Assembly: GCA_009785335.1 (NCBI GenBank)
Contig: WQWM01000005.1
Location: forward strand, 24,597-88,596
Origin: Oscillospiraceae bacterium
GTDB taxonomy: Bacteria; Bacillota; Clostridia; Oscillospirales; Acutalibacteraceae
DNA length: 64,000 nucleotides
Direction: 5' to 3'
Each line of letters starts with the position of its first letter. Position 1 is the stretch's first letter. The translations under genes and the position numbers were made by a program. The notes under the pieces were generated by a model. The model had not been told where the DNA came from. It worked only from the letters and a program-made list of their open reading frames with translations, and did no database searches. Shown here piece after piece: positions 43,428 through 52,524 of this stretch.

Positions 43428-44276
43428 TTAGTGTGACACTTCCACGGTATAATAACGCGCCACACAGCTGGGCATGTTGAGGAAGGAATAAAATGCCAAG
43501 GCGTATTCGTTGGGGTTTTCTGAGTTCGCCAAAAATGCGTTGAGGTTGTCCATGCTGTCGAAGGTGCACAGGTCCAGCCAGGTTTCGCCGTCGCGCAGCT
43601 GCTGCCACGAGATGAAGCCCGGTTGCTTGGAAATGTGTTCGTCGTGCAGAGTTTTGGCAGCCTGCAAAAATTCGGCCACGTCAGCGGATTTTTTGAGCTT
43701 GAAGGTGCAGTGGAAGATGGCGTTCATGTGGGGGATTCCTTTCGGGGGGGTTAATTTGCGTAGGGATGGTGGAACATAGTAGCGGTCATTCGCCCAGGTT
43801 TGTGGATTGTTTTCGATGTAACGAGAAATATGCCAATATTCTGCTTTGCTGCGGATAATGCGGTCATGGAAAGAGCGTTGCCACATGGAAAAACCAATTT
43901 GTTTGGTGACGTATGACTTGAAATTCCGCACGAAATATTGTAGGGGCGACCGTCCTCGGTCGCCCGCTTGGGGCAATAACCTAATTATCGCGTGGATGTG
44001 GTTAGGCATTATGATATATTTGTCGATGCGAACATATGGATGATGCTCGTGGTAGTACAATAATGCATTGTTTGCGATTTCACCGATTTTGGATAGCTGA
44101 ACATGTGCTTCAATAGTGGCGTCTTCATGCGGGCGACCGAGGACGGTCGCCCCTACAATAATTTTACCCAGCATTTCGTGCATGTCCTTCACACAAAACG
44201 TGACGAAATAACACCCCGCCTGTGCATAGTCAAAATGAGTAAGGCGATTTTGCTGGCGGGTGGTTAGTTCCTTCAT
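43428..44276 (-). CDS. RAYT-type Y1 transposase, copy 3, read through in frame into a ~99-aa ABM-like alpha+beta domain
   Basis: ATG overlaps stop of upstream GDPD gene (ATGA); HUH PNHIHAII; WQRSFHDRIIR..SRYIENNPQTW; no stop where copies 1/2 end; downstream MNAIFHCTFKL.. domain has its own SD-like GAAAGGA. Confidence 0.7.
   Translation of the reverse strand: MKELTTRQQNRLTHFDYAQAGCYFVTFCVKDMHEMLGKIIVGATVLGRPHEDATIEAHVQLSKIGEIANNALLYYHEHHPYVRIDKYIIMPNHIHAIIRLLPQAGDRGRSPLQYFVRNFKSYVTKQIGFSMWQRSFHDRIIRSKAEYWHISRYIENNPQTWANDRYYVPPSLRKLTPPKGIPHMNAIFHCTFKLKKSADVAEFLQAAKTLHDEHISKQPGFISWQQLRDGETWLDLCTFDSMDNLNAFLANSENPNEYALAFYSFLNMPSCVARYYTVEVSH
43939..43966. repeat. Fam-H REP (TGTAGGGGCGACC-N6-GGTCGCCCG) inside RAYT-3 ORF
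   Basis: Encodes ..PQAGDRGRSPLQ.. in frame. Confidence 0.85.
44130..44157. repeat. Fam-H REP, inverted copy, inside RAYT-3 ORF
   Basis: Encodes ..VGATVLGRP.. in frame. Confidence 0.85.
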
Positions 44277-45016
44277 GCACAACAAATCCCCATGGCAAGT
44301 GCAGGTTCATCGGTGATGACGGCGTGTGCGCCCCAGTTGCGCAGGGCGGTGATGGCGTGCTCTTGGTTAACGGTCCATGGGTTGACCATGATGCCCGCTG
44401 CGTTGCACTCGGCGATGAAATTCCCGCTGCACAAGGTGATAAAGGGATGCAGCGCGGCTAAGCCGTGCTTTTTGGCGAACGTGGCGGGGCAATCCATGAT
44501 TTCCTCGCACATGTCGGGGTCTTCCATGGCATAAAGAAATGCTACGCGGGTGGTGGGGTCTTCGGCTAGGCAGCCTTGCAGCATCTCCATGTCAAACGAC
44601 GACACCAGCAAGTTGCTGAACACGCCGCACTCTTTGGCCAGTTGCACCACAGCGGCCGCAGCGGCTTTGGAACCGTTGGGTTCTTCTTTGATCTCCACGT
44701 TGATTAGCGGAAGGTCGTGGCACAGGGCGAAGAATTCCCGCAGGGTGGGGATTTTCGTGCCGGAGAATTCGGGCGAAAACCAGCTGCCATAGTCATATTG
44801 CATCAGCTGGTCGTAGGTCATTTCGCAAACGAGACCGGTGCCGGTTGAGGTGCGGTCAATGGTGTCGTCGTGAATGACGACCAGCACGCCATCGGCGGTG
44901 ATGTGCACGTCGTTTTCAAAGCCGTGCACGCCGTAGGCGAGGGCGCGTTCAAATGCGGGCAGGGTGTTTTCGGGGGCTTCGAGGTTGGCGCCGCGGTGGG
45001 CGATGACGAGAGGCAT
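44273..45016 (-). CDS. glycerophosphodiester phosphodiesterase
   Basis: 247 aa; VIAHRGANLEAPENTLPAF, FENDVH, VIHDDTIDRT. Confidence 0.9.
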   Translation of the reverse strand: MPLVIAHRGANLEAPENTLPAFERALAYGVHGFENDVHITADGVLVVIHDDTIDRTSTGTGLVCEMTYDQLMQYDYGSWFSPEFSGTKIPTLREFFALCHDLPLINVEIKEEPNGSKAAAAAVVQLAKECGVFSNLLVSSFDMEMLQGCLAEDPTTRVAFLYAMEDPDMCEEIMDCPATFAKKHGLAALHPFITLCSGNFIAECNAAGIMVNPWTVNQEHAITALRNWGAHAVITDEPALAMGICCA

Positions 45017-45128
45017 AAAAATTCTCCTAAATAAATTGTTTTGTTGTTAAATATTGTAGCATATTGTGGGGGGGCTTGTCAAGAGGGGATGTAATGATAG
45101 GGATGGATTTTTATCCACCCCTAGGGCG

Positions 45129-45284
45129 TGTCTTCAAATAGTCAACCTGCCTATCGTCAGCATGTAGGGGCGGCAGTGATGCCGCCCGAAAGTTTAATGT
45201 TGCTTTTATAGCGGGCAGATTCACATCCGCCCCTACAGGTGGTGATTTTCTTCAAATTTGTGCAATGCGCTGATTTGAAGACAC
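45129..45284. mobile_element. MITE/REPIN-like composite (GTGTCTTCAAAT .. ATTTGAAGACAC) with REP doublet 45163-45237
   Basis: Read directly. Confidence 0.7.
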
Positions 45285-45300
45285 AACCGATGAGAATGCA

Positions 45301-46299
45301 CTATATCGCCTTCAAAATCTCCATAAACAGCTTCTCGCGCTGCTTATACATCTGCACATTGGTTAAGATGGTCACGGCGGTTTTGGCTTGTTTATCAAAG
45401 GCGAGCATGCTGGCAAAACCATCGGTGTTGCCGCCATGGTAATAGATAGACGGTTGCTTGAAGTCAATCCACCAGCCCAGACCCATGTCACTGTGCTTAT
45501 TCTTCATGTCATAACGCTGGTGGCAAAGTGCCAAACAGGAGGGCGATTCTTCGATGTTAAGGCGGGCAAACTCCAGCATATCTTCTGCGCAAGAGGTGAA
45601 ATTCCCCGCAGGTGAGGTGTAATTGTTGGGGTCGGCGTTCCAAACGCCAACATCGCGGTGATGGACGTCGTGGCCGGTGAGCATATTCTTTGCGCCATTG
45701 CCCACGCAGGTGTTGGGTAGCTTGAGGTCTTGGACGATAAACTGTGTCATGGCATCGGCATAGCTCATGCCCGCAGCGCGCCCAACCGCGCAACCCAGCA
45801 ATGACATGCCAAAGTTAGAATACGCCCACTTGTAGTCTTTGTCCTCAAGCTGTTGCGCTTTTGCGGTGGTGATGAGCTTGTCAAAGTCCATCCCAAGCAA
45901 ATCCAATGCAGAGGCGGACTTGCCGGTGATTTGCTTCCACACCAAGCTACGAACTTCTTTTTGGGTCATGGGCAACGTGGAGCGATAGCCTGCGGTGTGC
46001 AAGGCGAGGCGCAGCAGCGTGGGGTAATATTGATCGTCGCCCAGCTCGGGAATATACTTGGCGACGGATTCATCGAGCGACATTGCGCCGGATTCTATAT
46101 ACTTGGCCAGCAGCGATGTGGTGAACGTTTTGCCAACTGACCCGATTTCGTAGCCATAGCTTTCGTAGGGGATTTCGCCTGTGGCATCGAACAGCTTGCA
46201 TGTGGTTTTGCCATCTTGTAGCACGCCGATGGTCATGTTCATGTTTGGTTTTTTCTTGAATGCGCTTTGAATTAACGCCTGTGCGGTTTCGTTGAGCAT
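45301..46299 (-). CDS. serine hydrolase, beta-lactamase/PBP-like (class C fold)
   Basis: Start MLNETAQALI; SxxK (SVGK) and YxN (YSN) motifs; track 5' extension is repeat DNA. Confidence 0.8.
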   Translation of the reverse strand: MLNETAQALIQSAFKKKPNMNMTIGVLQDGKTTCKLFDATGEIPYESYGYEIGSVGKTFTTSLLAKYIESGAMSLDESVAKYIPELGDDQYYPTLLRLALHTAGYRSTLPMTQKEVRSLVWKQITGKSASALDLLGMDFDKLITTAKAQQLEDKDYKWAYSNFGMSLLGCAVGRAAGMSYADAMTQFIVQDLKLPNTCVGNGAKNMLTGHDVHHRDVGVWNADPNNYTSPAGNFTSCAEDMLEFARLNIEESPSCLALCHQRYDMKNKHSDMGLGWWIDFKQPSIYYHGGNTDGFASMLAFDKQAKTAVTILTNVQMYKQREKLFMEILKAI

Positions 46300-46309
46300 G
46301 TGGTGATCT

Positions 46310-46520
46310 CGCTTTCTTTTGGTAGGTTGTAGGGGCGACCTGTGGTCGCCCGCAGATTTTGATGATAGCACGGCGCTGCAAAGCAACGCCCTACAGGAAA
46401 TGCGCCAAAGGCGCTGACGAGCAAACATAGCTACATAAAGTTTCTTTGTCGTTATCCTCTTAAGCCTCAGTCCCCCTCTTTAGAGGGGGATGTCCCGCAG
46501 GACAGGGGGTGCGGTGATTA
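46310..46520. repeat. repeat mosaic incl. Fam-H REP 46329-46352 and Fam-E
   Basis: TGTAGGGGCGACCTGTGGTCGCCCG; CCCCCTCTTTAGAGGGGG. Confidence 0.75.
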
Positions 46521-46979
46521 CCCCACAACCGCCCAACCCACGCCGCGCATGAGCCATGGCGGAAACCGATCCTCGTCTACGTTGAGGTCGGCCACGCGCA
46601 GGCGCAGGTGATAACTGGCAAGGGGGCCGCGTTCGCCGCCGAGCATGGTGGTGAAGGTGTAGCCCCACAAATGCAGCTTGGTTTCGCCGGCAATGTGCCG
46701 CGCGCACATGAGCCAATATGGCTGGCCGTAGGGCAGAAATTCGCGTTGCAGCCGCTCGGCCTCACGCGAAAACGCACGCAGCACGGCAGGGGAGTATAAC
46801 TGGATGAACCGCGTGTCGCCGAAGTCAACGGCCATGTATACTGTGGCTTGGCCGCATGGCAGCGTTGCCGGAATGTAGCGCACTTCGCGTGCCAGCTGCT
46901 CGCCTGTATATTGCGTTTGCGGGGTGGTGAATGGGATGAGCTGAAACAGCATGGCGATGAGGGATACGATCAGTTGCAT
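46518..46979 (-). CDS. hypothetical secreted/anchored protein (153 aa)
   Basis: Track ORF with hydrophobic N-terminus; no motif recognised. Confidence 0.45.
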   Translation of the reverse strand: MQLIVSLIAMLFQLIPFTTPQTQYTGEQLAREVRYIPATLPCGQATVYMAVDFGDTRFIQLYSPAVLRAFSREAERLQREFLPYGQPYWLMCARHIAGETKLHLWGYTFTTMLGGERGPLASYHLRLRVADLNVDEDRFPPWLMRGVGWAVVG

Positions 46980-47045
46980 GGGGGCTCCTTTGCTGTGGGG
47001 TTGATTCGCGTGGGCGAAAATGGAACGGCGGGGGCAAGCCTCGCC

Positions 47046-47180
47046 CTGGGCGTGTCTTCAAATGCGCGAGTTGCACCAAAAAGACGTTATCGTCAACATG
47101 TAGGGGCGGCAATTTTGCCGCCCGAGTAAAAATACTGGCTTAAGTGGTCATCGCGGGCGGCAAAATTGCCGCCCCTACAG
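47046..47180. repeat. half composite (left terminus GTGTCTTCAAAT) with REP doublet 47099-47179
   Basis: Read directly. Confidence 0.75.
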
Positions 47181-47194
47181 GTTGGATATGGTTT

Positions 47195-47311
47195 CTACCA
47201 ATAAATCATCATCACGATCAAATACAATGCTACGATTGGAATCATAATTAATGCCAGAGGTATGGTGATGGGCAGGGTAATGATCATTAAAATCACTTGC
47301 CAAATCGTCAT
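47195..47311 (-). CDS. possible 38-aa hydrophobic peptide downstream of prmA
   Basis: ATG 2 nt after prmA stop, AGGAGG SD inside prmA 3' end; MTIWQVILMIITLPITIPLALIMIPIVALYLIVMMIYW. Confidence 0.3.
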   Translation of the reverse strand: MTIWQVILMIITLPITIPLALIMIPIVALYLIVMMIYW

Positions 47312-47313
47312 AG

Positions 47314-48255
47314 CTAAATCCTCCTAGTATGTTGTTCAGGCTGCGCCGCCAAGCACACCCAGCCTTCTTCCTCGTGCTGCGCGGCGACAGCAAAGCCCGC
47401 AGCCGCCAATGCCACCTGCACATCGCCCGTTCGGGTGTCGATGATACCGCTACTGAGCCACACGCCGCCGGGCGCAAGCAAGTCGCTCACCTGTGGGGCC
47501 AGCGCGATGATCGCGTCGGCCACAATGTTGCTGACAATCACATCAAAGCGACCAGTGATGTGCTGGGCTAAATCGCCCTGCAAAAACTGCACCTGCGGCG
47601 GCGCAAGACCGTTGCGGGCGGCGTTTTCCTGTGCATTTTGCACGGCAGCGGGGTCGATATCTACCCCAATTGCGCCACTAGCACCTAACAACGCACTCGC
47701 AATGGCAAGAATACCCGAGCCGCAGCCGACGTCTAGCACGGTGCAGGCGGGCGTGATATGTTGCTCCAAGGCTTGCAGGCACAGGCGCGTGGTGGCGTGG
47801 CTGCCCGAGCCAAAGGCCACACCGGGGTCGAGCAAGAGAACCGCACGGCCTTCGGGGTTAACTTGTGCTTGCCATGTGGGTTGAATGAGCAATTTTTCGC
47901 CGATTGGCAGCGGGTGAAAGTAGGCTTTCCAGTTGTTCTCCCAGTCTTCATTGCGGCAATCTTGCGTGGCGATTTCGTGCGGGATGCCCGCGGCGGTGCA
48001 GCGTTCGCTCAGCCATGCGGCGGCCTCGGCAGGGTTGACCTGCGCAGGCAGATATACGTGCACAAAGCCCTGCGAGCGATCTTGCTGCAAGAGGGTTTCG
48101 TCAATCATTTGCATGCCGGTGATGGCTTGCACGTCGGCTTCCATGTCGCGGTAGTCCTCGACGTAAATGCCGTGCGACACCACCATGTGGGCGATGTCGG
48201 CTGCGGTGTCGATGTGTTGCGCGGGGACGGTTAGGGTGAGTTGGGTGAAATGCAT
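47314..48255 (-). CDS. prmA: ribosomal protein L11 methyltransferase
   Basis: Start MHFTQLTLTVPAQHID; FHPLPIGEKLLIQP.., SAM motif VLDVGCGSGILAIA; track 5' extension is repeat-encoded. Confidence 0.9.
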   Translation of the reverse strand: MHFTQLTLTVPAQHIDTAADIAHMVVSHGIYVEDYRDMEADVQAITGMQMIDETLLQQDRSQGFVHVYLPAQVNPAEAAAWLSERCTAAGIPHEIATQDCRNEDWENNWKAYFHPLPIGEKLLIQPTWQAQVNPEGRAVLLLDPGVAFGSGSHATTRLCLQALEQHITPACTVLDVGCGSGILAIASALLGASGAIGVDIDPAAVQNAQENAARNGLAPPQVQFLQGDLAQHITGRFDVIVSNIVADAIIALAPQVSDLLAPGGVWLSSGIIDTRTGDVQVALAAAGFAVAAQHEEEGWVCLAAQPEQHTRRI

Positions 48256-48259
48256 GGGT

Positions 48260-48460
48260 GGCTCCTTTTGAAACCACCCCGTCGCAGCAAGCTGCGCCAC
48301 CCCTCCACGGAGGGGAATTGTCAACGTTGTGCTGGGGGTGGGTAATTCCCCTCCGCCGGGGTCCCCGAAAATGCTTGCATTTTTTGGGGTAGGCTTTGGA
48401 GGGGTGCCCCGAAGGGGCGGGGTGGTGTTCGCGGAGCGATAAAAATGCTCACGCTCATTC
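48260..48460. repeat. repeat mosaic upstream of prmA
   Basis: Shares CCCCTCCACGGAGGGGAATTG.. and GGGGTCCCCGAAAATGCTTGCATTTTT.. modules with 8945-9060, 11620-11690, Fam-C. Confidence 0.7.
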
Positions 48461-48465
48461 ACTCC

Positions 48466-48843
48466 CTACTCAGGGCAAATACAGAAAGGGTGCCCTGCTG
48501 GGTCAAGCATTACGCGATAAGCATCTGAAAACTGTATCGGCGAAAGAACCGCGCCGCAAGATAGTGCGTGTGCAACGCCATGTTCAACGTTTTCAACAAA
48601 GAAATCCAAATGCGCCATTTGTTGTTGTTGCCCTGATGCAGCAGGCCACGCAGGACGCACATAATTTTCTTCATATTGTAAAATCATTTGAAATGGCATG
48701 CCATCATCAGGGTCATAGAATAAGACGCTATTGATGGTATACTTGCGTTTTTTCCAGCCCAGTAGTTTTTCATAGAAATCAGCAAGTTCATCAGGATTGT
48801 CCGTATCCAATACAACACCCAATTTAGTTAGTTTCAAGCTCAT
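48466..48843 (-). CDS. VOC (glyoxalase/bleomycin-resistance) family protein
   Basis: 125 aa; paired beta-alpha-beta-beta-beta pattern, ..AHLDFFVENVE.., DPAGHPFCI. Confidence 0.7.
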   Translation of the reverse strand: MSLKLTKLGVVLDTDNPDELADFYEKLLGWKKRKYTINSVLFYDPDDGMPFQMILQYEENYVRPAWPAASGQQQQMAHLDFFVENVEHGVAHALSCGAVLSPIQFSDAYRVMLDPAGHPFCICPE

Positions 48844-48908
48844 AACCTAACCTCCAGAAATATGAATGTGAGGGTGGGGGCGAAAGTGCAAATTCTAGGC
48901 GGTTGTCA

Positions 48909-50114
48909 TCACCCCACCAATCCATCCACCATGCGCAGATGCTCAAGATACATCGGCAGAATATCGTCCATCGTGCGGCCAAGCCCGATGATGGAGCCAT
49001 GGTCGCCGCGCACCGTGGGCATCACATACCACTGCCCGGGAATAGGCAGTTGAGGGAACCCACCATCCGGCACTTGCACGTGCGGATGATTAAACGGACG
49101 CGTGGCCGAAATGGTGTTGACCAAGCCGTCATTGGCGCGCCAGGCCGCAGTGATGCCTCCTGCGGGATAGGTGAAATTGCCGATTTGCATGCCCAGCAGA
49201 CGAGATGGTGCGGCCATATCATTGGTGGGGCGGCCGTTTTCGGTGCCGTCCACGGCAAAGGAAAAATAGAACGTATTGGACACGGGCCGAGTGATGGCAT
49301 TGAGTGCTTGTGCGCCCGGCAGGGTTAAGTCCGCAAAGGCGTTGTTGGCATCTTCTGCTGCGTCCAAGAAGTCCACAAAGCTGCTCATGCCGGGGATGTT
49401 AATGCCCAGCGCACGCATGGCGGCGTCAATCTGTGCTTGTGGCAATGCAGCCGCCACGGTGGAGATCAACGGGTCAGCCTCCAACATCACCAGCAGGCTC
49501 ACGCCGTTGTGCGGGGTAGCGATGGTGGTGATACTGTGCACCCAATCTGCCTGGCCGCCTGCAAACAGCGGTGAGATTTCCTCGCCGGTTTCGCGTGCGT
49601 GTGCTTGTTCTTCGGGGCAGCCATGTTGCAGCAGGCCTGCGAGGGCGCGGATGGTGTTGCCGCCAAAGCTGTGGCCAATCAGATTGACTTTTTGCAGGTG
49701 GCCATTGCTGTCAGGCTCGCCCCAGCCGGGCACCATGGGTGGGTAGTATGCCACGCCAAAACGGTCGATGCCGTGGCGATAGGCATGCGCATAGCCGTAG
49801 TCTACTTGCGTGCCGGTGAGCTGGGCAAACAGTTCAGCTGCACGGTCACGCGCGGAGCCCGAGGGACTGACCGTTGGCGCATGGATGGTGAAGCCTTCGG
49901 TGCGCAGTTCGGCAAGCAAATCGCCTGCTGTGCCGCCCCAGTAGGCCACGGGGATGCCGCTATCTTCGCCGAAGCCGTTGAGACCATGCACGAACACCCA
50001 AGGGTGTGGAGTGGGTTCGCCGCGGGGTGTGGTGGTGCCGCCATTGCAGGCGGGCAGCGCGAACAGTGCAAGCAGCAATGCGGCTGCAAGTGTGATGGTG
50101 AAAAATCGTTTCAT
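48909..50114 (-). CDS. secreted alpha/beta-hydrolase lipase/esterase (lipoprotein)
   Basis: Lipobox LFALPAC; nucleophile elbow GHSFGG; 401 aa. Confidence 0.75.
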   Translation of the reverse strand: MKRFFTITLAAALLLALFALPACNGGTTTPRGEPTPHPWVFVHGLNGFGEDSGIPVAYWGGTAGDLLAELRTEGFTIHAPTVSPSGSARDRAAELFAQLTGTQVDYGYAHAYRHGIDRFGVAYYPPMVPGWGEPDSNGHLQKVNLIGHSFGGNTIRALAGLLQHGCPEEQAHARETGEEISPLFAGGQADWVHSITTIATPHNGVSLLVMLEADPLISTVAAALPQAQIDAAMRALGINIPGMSSFVDFLDAAEDANNAFADLTLPGAQALNAITRPVSNTFYFSFAVDGTENGRPTNDMAAPSRLLGMQIGNFTYPAGGITAAWRANDGLVNTISATRPFNHPHVQVPDGGFPQLPIPGQWYVMPTVRGDHGSIIGLGRTMDDILPMYLEHLRMVDGLVG

Positions 50115-50179
50115 GGGTAACCCTCCCTATATTATGTATATAGTATAGCGCATTTTTGGGGGAATTGCAAGAGAAAGTT

Positions 50180-50500
50180 GCGGGGGCTTATGGTTTCGGG
50201 CGGCGTAATCGCCGCCCCTACAGGTAGATATTATCTGCAACGGTATATAAAGCCGCAACATGTAGGGGCGGCAATCATGCCGCCCGGACTATAACATTAT
50301 AGCAACATTAAGCTTTCGGGCGGATTCACATCCGCCCCTACATGCTGACGATAGACATGCTGACTATTTGAAGCTACGCCCTACCGGGATTGGAGCAAAG
50401 CTCCTTGCGGGTTTGTGCGGCGTTGAGGAAAAGTTCCCACGGCCTCGGGCCGCATTCTTGTAGGGCGCGGCTTTGCCCCGCCGCTGCGCAAAAATCAACG
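50180..50500. repeat. repeat mosaic with three REPs (50196-50222, 50261-50287, 50316-50342)
   Basis: Read directly. Confidence 0.8.
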
Positions 50501-50526
50501 AAGCTCATGCATCGTTGATAAAAAAC

Positions 50527-50555
50527 TTGACTTTTCACGCCAAGTCTAGTATAAT
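50527..50555 (+). promoter_or_regulatory. promoter TTGACT-17-TATAAT for surface-protein gene
   Basis: Hexamers read directly. Confidence 0.6.
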
Positions 50556-50603
50556 ATATTTGGCGAATTACTTAATTTTAATGTTGAGAGAGGTTTTACA
50601 CAC

Positions 50604-52454
50604 ATGAACATGAAAAAACTATTGGCGACCCTGTTGGCAGTGTTTATGCTCGCCGCTGGCGCAGTGGCTGTGCTGAGCAGCGCGGCGGCTAGCGAACCCG
50701 ATTACTCATTCTTCCCGGAATGCTACACAGATGATGACATTTGTCACGACTGCGTGCAATGCTTTGAGTTTTATTTTGCCTATTATCCAGCCTATTTTGT
50801 GTCTATGCTTGCGACGAGCGCGTACGACCGTTCTTTCCTGTTCATTGATGCCGCAGCATATGCAGCTTATTTTGAAGTGATTGATGCGATGGATGATGGT
50901 GGTGGGATTTTTAATTATTTCGATACAGCGCTAGAATACCTGCGCTTTATGGCCGCGCTTGCAGAGCAACACATGCTGCCGCTGGCGATTGAGACTGACG
51001 TTGAACGGTGGCGTACGAGTCTTCTTGCTGACCTCTACGAATACGAACTTGCTGACTCATTCGCTCCGATGGCGCAACATTTTAATCCCATACAGGACCT
51101 GTTTAATCAAGGTGAGTTGGAAGAAGCATTGATTGCTTCCGTAGCACTGAACGATGCGCTTGTGGCAGATTTGGTGAATCAAGGCATTGATGTGCCCAAC
51201 TGGCTGCGCAGCACGCCGAGCGCCTACTCCTTCTTCCCAGGTTGCGGCATTTGCCTTGATTGCATCGATTGTCACAAGTTTGCGTTCATTTATTACCAAG
51301 CCTATCACGCGTTCATTGGCGGCGAAGTCGTCGACAGTTCGTTTATTGACGGCGAAGCTGCTGACTCTTTCTGGGCTGCTGTAGAAGCAGCAAATGAGAA
51401 CTTGACTTCTTTAGCATTCCTCAGGGCGATTGAAGCACTTGCTAGGCAATACATCCTGCCGCATGCGATTGACTTTGGAGTTGAATATATCCGCTTTGAA
51501 TTTCTTCAAAATTTCTATTTCTCCACTGGTTTTTCAGATGAACTGATAGCCGAATTGCTCAATATACTGACCGAAGCAGGGCTAGAGGATCCCGCTACGC
51601 CAGAGGAATGGGAGCTAGTTGCATCGCTTCAAGCAAGCAAAAGTGATGCCTTGATGGCGTATTTGGCCGCTCAAGGCACTGAGGTGCGTGAGTGGTTGCG
51701 CAGCACGCCGGCCACCCAGCCGCAATACGCCATCAGCCTAACTCCGAATGCAGATCATGTGTTCCCATCAGCACAGGTGGGCTATGGTGCCATAGAGCCG
51801 CTGATTGTTGAAGTGCACAACACAGGCAGTGTGCCAACAGGCAATCTTTTTATTAACGTTTCGCCTTTGGGTTTGTTTTCGCACACTTTTAGCGTGGCTA
51901 GCATTGCTGTGGGCGGCGTCGCTAGCTTCAATGTTTTTCCGAGTGAAGGGCTTGCTCCTGGCACGCACACGGCGACTGTCGGGGTTTATCGCGCTGAGCC
52001 ATTAGGCGGCTTCGTCTTTATGGCGGAGTTTAATGTAAGCTTCACGGTAACTGCAACTGAAACCACCACTGAAGTAGAGACAACGACTGAAGTAACCACG
52101 ACTGTGGCAGATACTACAACAGTTGCGGAAACCACAACTACCGAGGCTGAAACTACGACTGTAGCAGAAACAACCACTGAAGCTACAACAACGGAAGTTA
52201 CCACCACGACAACAGAAGCCACGACGACTACAACGGTAACAACAACTGAAACCACTACTACAGTGGCAACTACAGAGGCTACGACCACCACAACAGCAAC
52301 AACCGAAGCGACTACTACAACGCAAGCCACCACAACAACGCCTTGCGAAGGCAACAGAACGGCCAATGTGTTGGGCATCATCGGCATCATCGCGCTGGTG
52401 ATCATCAACCTTTTTGCCATCTTCGGCTTTGTGCGCATTTTGATTAACATGTAA
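50604..52454 (+). CDS. cell-surface protein with duplicated Cys-rich/helical module, Ig-like domain, Thr/Glu-rich stalk and C-terminal TM
   Basis: Signal peptide; two SFFP.C..C.DC..C modules; long TTE/ATT repeats; GIIGIIALVIINLFAIFGFV anchor; consensus promoter, terminator. Confidence 0.7.
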   Translation: MNMKKLLATLLAVFMLAAGAVAVLSSAAASEPDYSFFPECYTDDDICHDCVQCFEFYFAYYPAYFVSMLATSAYDRSFLFIDAAAYAAYFEVIDAMDDGGGIFNYFDTALEYLRFMAALAEQHMLPLAIETDVERWRTSLLADLYEYELADSFAPMAQHFNPIQDLFNQGELEEALIASVALNDALVADLVNQGIDVPNWLRSTPSAYSFFPGCGICLDCIDCHKFAFIYYQAYHAFIGGEVVDSSFIDGEAADSFWAAVEAANENLTSLAFLRAIEALARQYILPHAIDFGVEYIRFEFLQNFYFSTGFSDELIAELLNILTEAGLEDPATPEEWELVASLQASKSDALMAYLAAQGTEVREWLRSTPATQPQYAISLTPNADHVFPSAQVGYGAIEPLIVEVHNTGSVPTGNLFINVSPLGLFSHTFSVASIAVGGVASFNVFPSEGLAPGTHTATVGVYRAEPLGGFVFMAEFNVSFTVTATETTTEVETTTEVTTTVADTTTVAETTTTEAETTTVAETTTEATTTEVTTTTTEATTTTTVTTTETTTTVATTEATTTTTATTEATTTTQATTTTPCEGNRTANVLGIIGIIALVIINLFAIFGFVRILINM

Positions 52455-52471
52455 TCGTGCAATAAACCCAA

Positions 52472-52497
52472 CGCCCCTCTTCGGAGGGGTGTTTTTC
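52472..52497 (+). terminator. intrinsic terminator after surface-protein gene
   Basis: CGCCCCTC-TTCG-GAGGGGTG plus T5. Confidence 0.75.
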
Positions 52498-52524
52498 ATT
52501 GCCGCACGTGCATACACATGTCCC

